Positions 37,259-47,304 of a stretch of 64,000 bases of DNA are shown here, piece after piece; within the stretch, counting starts at the first letter, position 1; each line of letters opens with the position of its first letter. Origin of the DNA: Verrucomicrobiia bacterium (lineage in GTDB: Bacteria > Verrucomicrobiota > Verrucomicrobiia > CAIQCK01). The notes beneath the pieces were generated by a model. That model was not told where the DNA came from. It ran no database searches and worked only from the letters and a program-made list of their open reading frames with translations. The stretch is from assembly GCA_041667205.1 (NCBI GenBank), contig JBAYFL010000001.1, forward strand, positions 258,439-322,438, read 5' to 3'. Position numbers and translations under genes: made by a program.

Positions 37259-39553
37259 ATGAACAAATTCGCCACTTCATTGGTTCTCGTCTGCGCTGTT
37301 TGGTGGTCGTCGCCCAGCGCTTTCTCTGCCAGCCGCGTGCTGGTGGAAAAAGGCAAGAGCGATTACATCATCCGACTCTGCGCAGAGCCGACGCCCGCGG
37401 AGCGCCACGCTGCGGAGGAACTGAAGCGGTTTCTCAAGGAGATCAGTGGCGTCGAATTGCCGATCCGTGAGGCCGGCGCGCTGCCGGCGCACGCCATTCT
37501 TGTGGGGCGCGACGTGGAAGCGGAGCGGCTCGCGGGCGGCGTGGATTGGACGAAACTGGGCGGCGAAGGGTTTGTCGTGCGCGCCTGCGGGCCGCATCTG
37601 GTGCTGGCGGGCGGACGACCGCGCGGGACGCTCTACGCGGTCTATTCGTTCCTCGATCAGGAGTTGGGTTGCCGATGGTTCGCGCCAGATTGTAGCCGCA
37701 TACCGAAACAGAAGCGGCTCGTCGTCCGCGACCTCAACCGCACGGTCGTGCCGCGGCTGGAATATCGCGAGACGTTCTCGTGGAGCGGCTACGACGGCGA
37801 TTGGGCGGCTCGCAACTTCAGCAACGGCAACTCGGAGCGACTAACAGACGCGCACGGCGGCAAGGTCGTGTATCAGGGTTTTGTCCACACGTTTTATCCG
37901 CTGCTGCCGCCGGAGAAACATTTCGCGCAGCACCCGGAGTGGTATTCGGAGCGCAACGGCAAACGGTTCCACGAGCACGGGCAATTGTGTCTGACCAACC
38001 CGGAGGTCGTGCGCGAGGTGACCGCCGCCGTGCGCGAATGGCTGCGCAAGAATCCGAAGGCCTCCATCGTCTCGGTGTCGCAGAACGACTGGCACGGTTG
38101 GTGTGAGTGCGCGAAATGCAAGGCGGTGGACGACGAGGAAGGCAGCCACAGCGGCACATTGCTGCGCTTCGTCAACCAGGTCGCCGAGAACATCGAGAAG
38201 GAGTTTCCGCAGGTCGCGGTGGACACGCTGGCCTACCAATACACCCGCAAGCCGCCGCTCCACGTCCGCCCGTGGCCGAACGTCATCGTGCGGTTGTGCA
38301 GCATCGAGTGTTGCTTCAGCCACCCGCTGGAGAAGTGCCCGCAGAACAAGGCGTTCGTGGACGACATTGTCGGCTGGTCGAAGGTTTGCCAGCGGCTCTA
38401 CATCTGGGACTACGTTACCAATTTTGCCCACTATCTCCTGCCGCATCCGAACCTCGATGTGCTGGAGGCCAACATCCGGTTCTTCATCGCCCACGGCGTG
38501 CGCGGCATCTTCGAGCAGGGCGAGTATCAGACGCCCGGCGGCGAGATGTTGGAACTGCGCAGTTACATCATCGCGCGGTTGCTGTGGAATCCCGGCTACG
38601 GCGCGAAGCGCGCGCTGGAGGAATTCCTCGACGGCTACTACGGCCCCGCCGCGCCGCCGATCCGCAAATACATCCGGCTGCTGCACGACAAGGTGAAGAA
38701 GGACAACATCCACATCCGTTGCTACGTCCAGCCGACCGCCGCGTGCTTCACGCCGGAGATCATCGCGCAAGCGGAAAAACTCTTCGTCGAAGCCGAGCGG
38801 CTCGCAGCGAAACAGTCGGAGATCCTCAAGCGCGTTCGCATCGCCCATATGCCGGTGCAATACACGATTCTCGCCAACGGCCGCGCGTGGGCGCGCGCCG
38901 CGAAACGTAACGCCGGCATTCTGCCGGCCGCCCGTTGGGATGAAAAGGAAATCGCCGACAAGTTCCTCACCACGGCCGCCGAAGCCGGCGTGAAGCAGGT
39001 CAGCGAGGGCGGCCAGTTCGCGCCGTTCAAGGAGAAGGTTCTCGCCCGCCTCTCCGTCCGCCGCGCCAAGTCCACGCCGCCGCCCGGCACGGAGAAACTG
39101 CCGGCGAACCGCGTGGTTGACGTGCAGGACGACGAGTTCGGTTTTTACAAGGAAGGCGCGCTCTGTGGCGTTCGCAAAGACGAAACCGCCTCCGACGGCG
39201 CATGCGCGTGGCTTACCGGCGCAACACATGAGTGGGCGATTCAGTTTCAATTGCCATCTGGCTACTTCAAGAAAGGGAGACGTTATCACGCCTACGCTGT
39301 CGTCAAGGTGCGGAAGCAAAAGGACAGCGGCGACGCATTCAGCTTTGGCATCTACGAGACAGAGACGCGCAAGAGCGTGGCGAGCCGCCGCGTGACGGCG
39401 AAGGATGCCGCGACCGACTGGAAACCCTACGACCTCGGCGTGATCGAGCCGAAGGGCAAACCCTACGTCTGGTTCGCCGGCTGCAAGAACGCCGAGGCCG
39501 TGTCGGAGATTCTGATTGATCGGGTTTATTTCGTGGAAGAAAAAGGTCGTTGA
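37259..39553 (+). CDS. Secreted DUF4838-family protein (GH20-related fold)
   Basis: The signal is MNKFATSLVLVCAVWWSSPSAFSA. A Cys-rich central segment reads WCECAKCKAVDDEEGS. The architecture is typical of DUF4838 proteins. Confidence 0.55.
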   Translation: MNKFATSLVLVCAVWWSSPSAFSASRVLVEKGKSDYIIRLCAEPTPAERHAAEELKRFLKEISGVELPIREAGALPAHAILVGRDVEAERLAGGVDWTKLGGEGFVVRACGPHLVLAGGRPRGTLYAVYSFLDQELGCRWFAPDCSRIPKQKRLVVRDLNRTVVPRLEYRETFSWSGYDGDWAARNFSNGNSERLTDAHGGKVVYQGFVHTFYPLLPPEKHFAQHPEWYSERNGKRFHEHGQLCLTNPEVVREVTAAVREWLRKNPKASIVSVSQNDWHGWCECAKCKAVDDEEGSHSGTLLRFVNQVAENIEKEFPQVAVDTLAYQYTRKPPLHVRPWPNVIVRLCSIECCFSHPLEKCPQNKAFVDDIVGWSKVCQRLYIWDYVTNFAHYLLPHPNLDVLEANIRFFIAHGVRGIFEQGEYQTPGGEMLELRSYIIARLLWNPGYGAKRALEEFLDGYYGPAAPPIRKYIRLLHDKVKKDNIHIRCYVQPTAACFTPEIIAQAEKLFVEAERLAAKQSEILKRVRIAHMPVQYTILANGRAWARAAKRNAGILPAARWDEKEIADKFLTTAAEAGVKQVSEGGQFAPFKEKVLARLSVRRAKSTPPPGTEKLPANRVVDVQDDEFGFYKEGALCGVRKDETASDGACAWLTGATHEWAIQFQLPSGYFKKGRRYHAYAVVKVRKQKDSGDAFSFGIYETETRKSVASRRVTAKDAATDWKPYDLGVIEPKGKPYVWFAGCKNAEAVSEILIDRVYFVEEKGR

Positions 39554-39560
39554 GTTGCCG

Positions 39561-41519
39561 ATGAAGACGCTGTTCGCCGTCATGTTGGTTGTCACCGCCG
39601 CCATTGCGGCTGAAAAAGCTGATCTTGATCGTGACCCGGCGTGGGCGCGCGCGCATTTGAAGCCGCCGATGACGGCGGGTGAGACGCGGGTGTTCATGAA
39701 ACGGCTGGCGCAGTTCGTGTTCGACAACCACATGAAGCGGGACGCGAAGTCGGCGCACCGCGGGATGATCTACGAATACTTCTGGGTCGAGCGGAGAGGC
39801 CAGCCGGACCAGTTCGTCCAGGGCGAGGCGTTGGACACGATGCACGACGGCGCGTGGTTCGCCGCGGCGCTGGTGAACGCGTGGCGCGCGACGGGCGATC
39901 CGTTCTACAAGGAGATGCTGACGCAGTGGGTGCTGCCGTTCTACTGCAAGATGCTCAACCACTCCGACACGCTCTTTAGCGCCAAACACAACGACGCCGC
40001 GCCGGGCGCGCACACCTTCAACAAGGAGCACGCATTGCAGGAGGGCGAGAAAGGTTTCGTGCCCTACTGGTGGGACGATGGCGGCTCGGTCAACTTGGAG
40101 CGGCGGTCGAAGAAGCAACCGTTCAGTCCTATCCAATGCACCGATTCGCTGGCCGGCAAGCCGAACGCGGAGTTTCAGCTCAGCGGCTACTCGCATGGCT
40201 CGTCGAATCATCTGGCGCAAGACCTTGCGGTGATGCTCCAGCAAGCGTGGCTGATGCTCAAGGTTTTGGCGGAGCCGGCGGACAAGAAGCTGGTCGCCGA
40301 GGTTGCTGAGGCTGCGAAAAACCTGCACGAATGCCGGACGCGCCACTTCAATCACATCCCGATGTGCTGCGCGGCGTTCGGGCTGACGAACGGCGACGCG
40401 ACGGAGCTGAAGCGCGTCCCGGACCAGACGTGGCTGCCGGCCAACCACTACCGGTTTGCGCTCTACGAATTTAAGCCGGGCGACCGTCGCGCGATGTCGG
40501 GTTTTGCGGATGACCAGCAGTATCGCTACTACTTTGGCATCGCGAAGACCGGCGGGCAGTTGCCGCGGACGCTTGCGTTCAAGACCGTCTATGACGCGTT
40601 CACGGAGCCGATGCTCTATCGCTGCTACAGCGACGACGCCGACGTGCCGCCGGGCGTCAACCGATTCGACCTCCATGTGATGAACCTGCGCGACGGCCGG
40701 CTCGAAGATTATCGCTCTGACCGCAAAGGCCCCTTCAAAGGCCCGCGCCCGATCGGCTCGCGCATGGGACCGCAGAATATGATCTGCTGCGGCTGGGCGT
40801 TGCAGGCGTTGCGGGCGAATCCGGGCCTCTGGGAGGAACGATACCAGCGCGAGTTCGGCAACTACCTGCGTGTCTTCTTCGACGACGAGCCGGCCCGTGT
40901 CGAACTCGGCGGCGTGAAGCTGGCGTTTCGCAGCACGCGGCTCGCGCTTGAACTGGACTGCGAATGCAAGGGCGACACTGTTGTTAAGGTCTTCAGCCGG
41001 CCCGATGGCCAAGGCAGCCACGCTGTCGTCACGGTAAAGCAGGATGGTTCGGCGACCGCGGTCAATGACAAGGGCGAGCCGCTTCGCATTCAGTCACGTT
41101 CCGCGTTCCATCTTTCGCTTCCCTACACCGTGGCCAAGGAACAGACCGCCGCGTGGGCCAACGGCATCGAACACGGGCGCTACTCGATTCAAGTCGGCGA
41201 CACGACGCGCAACTTCTACCTCGCCAGCAGCGAGCGGCAGGTGGCGATGTGGCTGGAGCACGAACTCGCCGGCGGTCTGCGCACGTGGGAGGCGATCTTC
41301 AACAAATACGGCTACATCCCGACCGGCATCGGCTGCCACTCGATATTGCCGGGCGTGACGTGGGACAAGTTTTCCGACACCGGCGGCTACGCGCACCTCC
41401 TCAGCGCGGCAGCGCAATGGTTGATGTGTCTAGAGAAGAAAAACGATTGGGAAGTGCACCCTGTTTCACGCACGGCGAAACAGGAGAAACTCCCGCGTCA
41501 CATCCTCCATCTCCGCTGA
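39561..41519 (+). CDS. Hypothetical exported protein (653 aa)
   Basis: The signal is MKTLFAVMLVVTAAIAAEKA. Composition is coherent. No family recognised from sequence alone. Confidence 0.4.
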   Translation: MKTLFAVMLVVTAAIAAEKADLDRDPAWARAHLKPPMTAGETRVFMKRLAQFVFDNHMKRDAKSAHRGMIYEYFWVERRGQPDQFVQGEALDTMHDGAWFAAALVNAWRATGDPFYKEMLTQWVLPFYCKMLNHSDTLFSAKHNDAAPGAHTFNKEHALQEGEKGFVPYWWDDGGSVNLERRSKKQPFSPIQCTDSLAGKPNAEFQLSGYSHGSSNHLAQDLAVMLQQAWLMLKVLAEPADKKLVAEVAEAAKNLHECRTRHFNHIPMCCAAFGLTNGDATELKRVPDQTWLPANHYRFALYEFKPGDRRAMSGFADDQQYRYYFGIAKTGGQLPRTLAFKTVYDAFTEPMLYRCYSDDADVPPGVNRFDLHVMNLRDGRLEDYRSDRKGPFKGPRPIGSRMGPQNMICCGWALQALRANPGLWEERYQREFGNYLRVFFDDEPARVELGGVKLAFRSTRLALELDCECKGDTVVKVFSRPDGQGSHAVVTVKQDGSATAVNDKGEPLRIQSRSAFHLSLPYTVAKEQTAAWANGIEHGRYSIQVGDTTRNFYLASSERQVAMWLEHELAGGLRTWEAIFNKYGYIPTGIGCHSILPGVTWDKFSDTGGYAHLLSAAAQWLMCLEKKNDWEVHPVSRTAKQEKLPRHILHLR

Positions 41520-42727
41520 CTGTCGCGGTTGGCGCGGAACACCCGGCCAGCTTGACGCCAGGCGATCTTCGCGAGGCCGCCCAGCGAGGCGCGCATGGAC
41601 TGCCAGCGGTTGCATTCGTTGAAGCAGAGCGTGCAAGGCTTGGCGGCGAGTTCGGCGCGGAACTGCTGCGCGGCGGGCGAGCGCCAGAGCTTGCGCACGT
41701 CGAAATCAAATTCGCGAAGGTTGCCGAGTTTGCGGTCGAGCACGAGGCATGGATAAACGTTCCAGTAAGGGTCAATGTAGCCGAACGCCGTCCCGGCCAC
41801 GCAGGTGACGCCGCTGGTTGGATCGCGCAACCACTGAAGATGGCTCTCGGTAAAATAATTCTGCCCGAAGCCGGGATGCTTGCGCCGTAACTCCTCGATA
41901 ATGCCGGCGAGTTGGTCGCGCGCGGTGACGGGCTTGCAGGTCTTCACGTTCCGGTAGTAGTGCGCTGACGGCAGCGCGCCCATGAAGGCGATCTTGTTCG
42001 GCGGCACACCCCGGCTGACGAGCCACTCGACGAGCGCGGGGAACTCGCGGTAGTTGGCGGCGGTGAGCGTGCTGGAAATCTCCGCGCGGTAGAACGGGTA
42101 TCGCTGTTCCTGCTCGCGCGCCCACTGGAAGAGCCGCCAGGCGCGGGCGAAGTTGCCGGGGATGCCGCGGATGCGGTCGTGGACTGCCTCAACGCCATCA
42201 AGCGAGACGCCGAAGTGGCGGAGATGACGGCCGCTCAGGCGCGGGAGGAGGAAACCTTCACGCTCGATGATGTGGTCGGTCTCGATCGCGTTGGTGGCGC
42301 AACCGGTGCGGTGGCCTCGGCGGTCCAGCACAAGCCAGAACTCCACGATGTCGTCGCGGTTGAACTGTTCGCCGCCGGTGGTGGCGATCTGGATGAGTTG
42401 CGGGTTGCGGTCGAGGAATCGCTCGAACTCAACGAGCGTCATTTCCTGCGATGCCGCCTCCGGTTGCTGGAGGTAGTTGGCCCAGATGTTGCAATGCGAG
42501 CAACGGCTGTCGCACTTGTAGGTGACGCCGACGAGGAACTGCGCGGGAAACGCCGGCGTCGGGTCGGCACCGAGCCGCAGCCATCGCCGCGCGTCGTTAC
42601 GCAACGCCGCTGCGAGCCAGCGCACCCACAAGCGCAGGCTATCACGGCCGATGGTATCGAAGGGAAGTTGGATGGCGATGCTCCGATGAAGGGTGACAGC
42701 AGCCGCCGACAGCCGCCGCGCGGTCAC
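41498..42727 (-). CDS. Radical SAM enzyme with C-terminal SPASM/twitch-like Cys motifs
   Basis: The CxxxCxxC cluster is GVTYKCDSRCSHCNIW. The glycine-rich SAM motif is IATTGGEQF. C-terminal cysteines include CVAGTAFGYID…YPC…CTLCFNEC. Its start overlaps the kinase stop by 4 nt. Confidence 0.7.
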   Translation of the reverse strand: MTARRLSAAAVTLHRSIAIQLPFDTIGRDSLRLWVRWLAAALRNDARRWLRLGADPTPAFPAQFLVGVTYKCDSRCSHCNIWANYLQQPEAASQEMTLVEFERFLDRNPQLIQIATTGGEQFNRDDIVEFWLVLDRRGHRTGCATNAIETDHIIEREGFLLPRLSGRHLRHFGVSLDGVEAVHDRIRGIPGNFARAWRLFQWAREQEQRYPFYRAEISSTLTAANYREFPALVEWLVSRGVPPNKIAFMGALPSAHYYRNVKTCKPVTARDQLAGIIEELRRKHPGFGQNYFTESHLQWLRDPTSGVTCVAGTAFGYIDPYWNVYPCLVLDRKLGNLREFDFDVRKLWRSPAAQQFRAELAAKPCTLCFNECNRWQSMRASLGGLAKIAWRQAGRVFRANRDSQRRWRM

Positions 42728-45288
42728 TTCTTAGCCGGCTTCTTCTTCACGGGATCGAAATCAACGTCGGTGTCGGATTTTTTGCCCGTAGCAGCAACCG
42801 TGGGTGTTCCAGGCGCGGCGTCACCGGCCAACGGCGTGTTGAAGCGGTCCCACTCGTTTCGGGAGACCGTCGCGAACTTGACGGCGGTGTCCACGTAGCC
42901 GTCGGCAAGCGCTTGGTCGAGGTGTTGGGTTTGCGCGAACCAAGCGATGGCGACGTAGTTGGCGCCGTGTTCGGCGGCCTGGAGAGACGTGGCGAGTGTG
43001 TCGTAGGTGGTGAACAAGGCCACCACGGACGCGGGTGCCAGATCACGCCACGGCACCGCCTGGTCGGGGCGGTCCTTGACAGAAACGATGATCTTTTCGG
43101 CGTCGGCCTTGGTGACGTTGCCGACCAGCCGCGCATTGGCGCGGGTCGCGAGGTCGTTGCGGGCGTAGGGCGTCTTGGCAATGCTTTCAGTGATCAGCGT
43201 CTTGAGCGCCGTGAGCCGCTTATAAACCATCGCGCGGTCCTCAGCCGCCTGCTTGACCGCGGGCGAATCCATCTTCTCAGCGGCGTCAGCGTAGGCTTTC
43301 GACAGCGGCTGGAAGTTGCAGTCGTTGAGGGCTGCTTCCACGGTCGCGTCCACCTGCTCCAGCGATTGCTTGTCGAGGGCGAACCGCTCGCGGATCTTCC
43401 GGGCCTGCTCCAAGTCAGCCAGTTCTTTCGACTTGCCGGCGATGGCGGTGTCGATAACGGCGAACGGCGGTTGCAGAAGCGGATGCTTCACCTGTGCCTT
43501 GACGGCGGTGATCCTCTTATACGCTTCCGCAGCCTTGTTGTCCGCGATGAGCTTCTGGGCTTCCTCGATGCCCCGGGTTTGCAGGTGGATTTGCGTCGCG
43601 ATGAACTTCGCGTGCGGCTGGTAGAGCGTGACCCATCGCGGATCCATGTCAGCCCTGGCGGCGGTGTAGGCATCGAAGAACTTGGCGCACTCCGCCAAGT
43701 GGCCTTCGCCCAGCGCTTGGACGCCGAGGTAAAACTGCGCGAGGGCCAGCGCAGCCGGCATCTGCTTTTTGAGCGAGGATTGGATTTCGTCGAGCTTGAA
43801 GCCGCCGCTGATCAACTGGCCCAGCACCGGGCCGTAGCTTTCCTGGTTGACCTTTTCCGGCATGATGCCGATTTCCATTTTTTCGCCAGCGGTGGAGAAC
43901 GCCTTCCGTGCGTCCTCCGGTTTGCCCAACAGATACAGCGCGGCGCCGATCTGGCAGTCGAGAATGCTTTGTCGGGGAGGGTCGTCGTGCAACTTCTGCC
44001 GGGCCTTGCGATAGGCGTCAATGGCTGGCTGGTATTTGCCGGCGATGAGGTTGTTGTCGGCGGCATCCCAGAGGTCGAGCCAGCTCAACTCGAGGGCGGG
44101 TTGGGCCGGCTGCTCTTGTGTGGCCACTTTGGCCTCAGCCGATGTTTCGCGGGAATGGAAAAGAACTTCGCGTTTCGCCCAAACGAAATAGCCGCACGCA
44201 ATACAGGCTGCCAATATAACCAGCGTGGCGACGATGCCCTTCCAGGAGCCACTCGGTGCCTTGGGTCTGGCAGTGGCGACAGCCGCGCGCGCCTGCGGTT
44301 TGCGCTTCCTGTCCGCCAACTCCCGCTGGTGGGCCACGGCGGCGCGTTTGGCCTCCTCCAGATCGTCTATCAACTCGTCGTAGTCGGGGTAGCGGTCCTC
44401 GCGGTTCTTGCGCAACATGCAGCCGATGGCATGCATGGTCTGGTCGCAAATGTCCGGCGCGAACGTCTTCAGCGACAGCGCTGGCTCGCGAAGATGCTTG
44501 AGCACCACTTCGGTCGCGGAGTTCGCCTCGAATGGCGCGCGGCCGGCCAGCGCGTGGAAAAGAGTGCCGCCGAGCGAATAGATGTCGCTGCGGAAGTCCT
44601 CGCGCTCGCCGCTGAGTTTCTCTGGCGAGATGTAGTAGGGCGTGCCCCAGATGCCCTCCTCCTGTTTTTTCTCCTCCTCGGCACCGGCAAACTGCGCCAG
44701 CCCGAAATCCACGACTTTGGCCTGGCTTTCGGAGTTGAAAAGGATGTTGCCGGGCTTGATGTCGCGGTGGATGACGCCGCGTTGGTAGGCTGCCTTGAGT
44801 GCGGAAGCCACCTGAATGCCGATGTTGAGCACGTCCAGTTCCGCCACGCGCTTGTGGGTCTCAATCATGTGATCAAGGCTGCCGCCCTCCAGCAACTCCA
44901 TGACGATGTAATACTGGCTGTCGTTATCGTCGGTCCGGCCGAAGCTGAGAATCTGCGCGATGTTCGGGTGGTTCAACGAAGCGGCCGCGCGCGCCTCGCG
45001 GGTGAAGTCGGCGACGAACTGCGCGTTCGTGGCCAGTTCCTTCTTCATCAGCTTGACCGCGACGAACCGTTGCAGCGCCGAGTCGAACGCCTTGTAAACC
45101 GTCCCCATGCCGCCGCTGCCCATCGGATTGAGAAGCTGGTAATTGCCGATGACCATTGGCACGAGCAGCTTGGTGTTGCACGACGGGCAAAAAGCGCGGC
45201 TGAACGCCGGCAGCTCCGTTACGTCCAGATGCTGGCCGCAATTGGAGCAGGCGATCTTGATCTGTTTCTTTGGCGCTGATTCAGGCAT
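42724..45288 (-). CDS. Ser/Thr protein kinase: N-terminal double zinc ribbon, Hanks kinase, TM helix, large TPR-like extracytoplasmic domain
   Basis: The zinc ribbon is CSNCGQHLDV…CPSCNTK. The kinase motifs are GSGGMGTVYKA, VAVKLM, HRDIKPGNIL, DFGLA and GTPYYISPE. The TM segment is IVATLVILAACIACGYFVW. Confidence 0.8.
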   Translation of the reverse strand: MPESAPKKQIKIACSNCGQHLDVTELPAFSRAFCPSCNTKLLVPMVIGNYQLLNPMGSGGMGTVYKAFDSALQRFVAVKLMKKELATNAQFVADFTREARAAASLNHPNIAQILSFGRTDDNDSQYYIVMELLEGGSLDHMIETHKRVAELDVLNIGIQVASALKAAYQRGVIHRDIKPGNILFNSESQAKVVDFGLAQFAGAEEEKKQEEGIWGTPYYISPEKLSGEREDFRSDIYSLGGTLFHALAGRAPFEANSATEVVLKHLREPALSLKTFAPDICDQTMHAIGCMLRKNREDRYPDYDELIDDLEEAKRAAVAHQRELADRKRKPQARAAVATARPKAPSGSWKGIVATLVILAACIACGYFVWAKREVLFHSRETSAEAKVATQEQPAQPALELSWLDLWDAADNNLIAGKYQPAIDAYRKARQKLHDDPPRQSILDCQIGAALYLLGKPEDARKAFSTAGEKMEIGIMPEKVNQESYGPVLGQLISGGFKLDEIQSSLKKQMPAALALAQFYLGVQALGEGHLAECAKFFDAYTAARADMDPRWVTLYQPHAKFIATQIHLQTRGIEEAQKLIADNKAAEAYKRITAVKAQVKHPLLQPPFAVIDTAIAGKSKELADLEQARKIRERFALDKQSLEQVDATVEAALNDCNFQPLSKAYADAAEKMDSPAVKQAAEDRAMVYKRLTALKTLITESIAKTPYARNDLATRANARLVGNVTKADAEKIIVSVKDRPDQAVPWRDLAPASVVALFTTYDTLATSLQAAEHGANYVAIAWFAQTQHLDQALADGYVDTAVKFATVSRNEWDRFNTPLAGDAAPGTPTVAATGKKSDTDVDFDPVKKKPAKK

Positions 45289-45402
45289 ACCCGCTAGTTT
45301 GTAGCACGGGCCGGCCCGCCGCCGCAAATGCAAAGCCGCCGCCGGGTAACTGATAAATCGGCGCTTTGGAGTTTCCCGGCGGCCTGCTAAGCTTGGCGCA
45401 GC

Positions 45403-46092
45403 ATGGATCAGGCGATCGTTCAAATCCGCGAGCTGTCGAAGGTTTACCAGCACGGCGATATCGAGGTGGTGGCGCTCAACGGCATCTCGCTCGACATCGG
45501 CCGCGGCGATTTCGTCGCGCTCATGGGGCCAAGCGGTTCAGGCAAAAGCACGCTGCTGCACATTATCGCGGGCATTGATCGGCCCACCAGCGGCCGCTGC
45601 GTCGTCGAGGGCACCGACGTCAGCGAGTTGGGCGAGACGGCGCTGGCGGCGTGGCGCAAACAGCACGTCGGCTTCGTCTTCCAAACATTCAACCTCATTC
45701 CTGTGCTGACGGCGTATGAAAACGTGGAGTTGCCACTGTTACTGACGGGACTGACAGGACGCGAGCGGCGCGATCACGTGGAGGCGGCGCTGGAACTGGT
45801 TGCCTTGGCAGACCGGATGAAGCATCTGCCACGGCAACTCTCTGGCGGGCAGGAGCAGCGCGTGGCCATCGCCCGCGCGCTGGTGACTGACCCGACGTTG
45901 TTGGTGGCCGACGAGCCGACGGGCAACCTCGATGCGCATTCTGCCGCCGAGGTGCTGGGGCTGTTGCAGACGCTCAATCGCGATGCCGGCAAGACGGTTG
46001 TCATGGTGACGCACGATCCGAAGGCGGCGGCGCACGCGCGGAGGATGGTGCATTTGGAGAAGGGAGAGCTTCTGAATGGAGGAGGCTCGTGA
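45403..46092 (+). CDS. ABC transporter ATP-binding protein (MacB/LolD-type)
   Basis: Walker A is GPSGSGKST. The signature is [15 protein letters not shown]. Walker B is [12 protein letters not shown]. Confidence 0.85.
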   Translation: MDQAIVQIRELSKVYQHGDIEVVALNGISLDIGRGDFVALMGPSGSGKSTLLHIIAGIDRPTSGRCVVEGTDVSELGETALAAWRKQHVGFVFQTFNLIPVLTAYENVELPLLLTGLTGRERRDHVEAALELVALADRMKHLPRQLSGGQEQRVAIARALVTDPTLLVADEPTGNLDAHSAAEVLGLLQTLNRDAGKTVVMVTHDPKAAAHARRMVHLEKGELLNGGGS

Positions 46093-46161
46093 AATCTGAT
46101 TCGTGATGCGAAATTCGGAAGCAGTCCTTACGCCTTACGCCTTACGCATTACGCTCCCCTC

Positions 46162-47301
46162 ATGACCATCCCCGGCTTCATCCTTCGCAACGCGCTCCGC
46201 AACAAGCGGCGGCTCACGCTTACGGTGCTGAGCGTGGCGCTGAGCTTGTTCCTGTTCACCGTGCTCCAAACGGCGCTGCGCGAGCTGTCGCAGCCGCAAG
46301 TGACGGAACAGTCGGCGCTGCGGCTCATCACGCGGCACAAGGTGTCGCTGGCCAACGTCCTGCCCTCAAAATACCAGTCCCGCATTGCGCGCGTGCCCGG
46401 GGTCAAGCGCGTGTCGCGGCTGACGTGGTTCGGCGGCATTTACATTGACGAGAGCAACTTCTTTGCCCAGTTCGGGTGCGACGCCAACGCGCTGTTCGAC
46501 ATTCTCACCGAGGTGACGACAGACCCGGAGCAGGTTGCGGCATTCAAGAAGGAAAAGACCGCCTGCATGGTCGGCATCAAGACGATGAACCGTTTCGGCT
46601 GGAAGGTCGGCCAGAAGGTCACGCTGCGCGGCACGATCTATCCGGCCACCTTGGAGTTGACGATCCGCGGCGTTTACCACGGCGGCATTGACGAAACCAA
46701 CCTGTTTTTCCACCACGAATACTTGGATGAGGCGACCGGCTGGCACGTTGTTGGCTGCTACTGGATTCAGGCGGCCAACGCCGACGCGGTGGCGGACGTG
46801 ATCCAGAAGGTGGACGCGATGTTCAGCAGCAGCGCCGCCGAGACCAAAACCGAGACCGAGCGCGCATTCCAGCTCACGTTTCTCTCGTGGTTTGGCAACG
46901 TCAAGTTTCTCATTGGCTCCATCTGCTCCGTGATCGTCTTCACGATGATGCTGGTGACGGCGAGCACGATGAGCATGGCCATCCGCGAGCGGACGCGGGA
47001 AATCGCCGTGTTGAAGGCGCTCGGTTACAACGGCGGGCAAATCTTTGGCCTCATCCTCGCTGAGTCGTTCGGGCTGGCGTTGGTCGGCGGGTTGATTGGC
47101 TGCGTCGGCACTTGGTTTCTTGCGCAGAACGTGGACATGTATGTGCTCTCGCACGGCTTCTTTGTGAAGTTCGAGGTCACGCCGCACATCGTCTCGGCGG
47201 GGTTGCTGATCGCGACCGCGATGGGCGTGGTTAGTTGCGTGGCGCCCGCCGTCGCAAGCGTCCGGGCCAGTGTGCTGGAGGGGTTGAGGGAATTGGACTG
47301 A
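46162..47301 (+). CDS. ABC transporter permease, FtsX/MacB-like
   Basis: N-terminal TM, large periplasmic domain, and a C-terminal FtsX-like 3-TM bundle. Confidence 0.7.
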   Translation: MTIPGFILRNALRNKRRLTLTVLSVALSLFLFTVLQTALRELSQPQVTEQSALRLITRHKVSLANVLPSKYQSRIARVPGVKRVSRLTWFGGIYIDESNFFAQFGCDANALFDILTEVTTDPEQVAAFKKEKTACMVGIKTMNRFGWKVGQKVTLRGTIYPATLELTIRGVYHGGIDETNLFFHHEYLDEATGWHVVGCYWIQAANADAVADVIQKVDAMFSSSAAETKTETERAFQLTFLSWFGNVKFLIGSICSVIVFTMMLVTASTMSMAIRERTREIAVLKALGYNGGQIFGLILAESFGLALVGGLIGCVGTWFLAQNVDMYVLSHGFFVKFEVTPHIVSAGLLIATAMGVVSCVAPAVASVRASVLEGLRELD

Positions 47302-47304
47302 GTC

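Noticed and set aside
37841-41021. 630-aa and 560-aa minus-strand ORFs antisense to the DUF4838 gene and the 653-aa exported-protein gene
   Set aside because: They are antisense shadows with low-complexity Arg/Gly/Ala translations.
42913-45279. 788-aa plus-strand ORF antisense to the Ser/Thr kinase
   Set aside because: The kinase motifs (HRDIKPGN, DFG, GTPYY) are on the minus strand. The plus frame is Gly/Val/Arg/Leu-rich.
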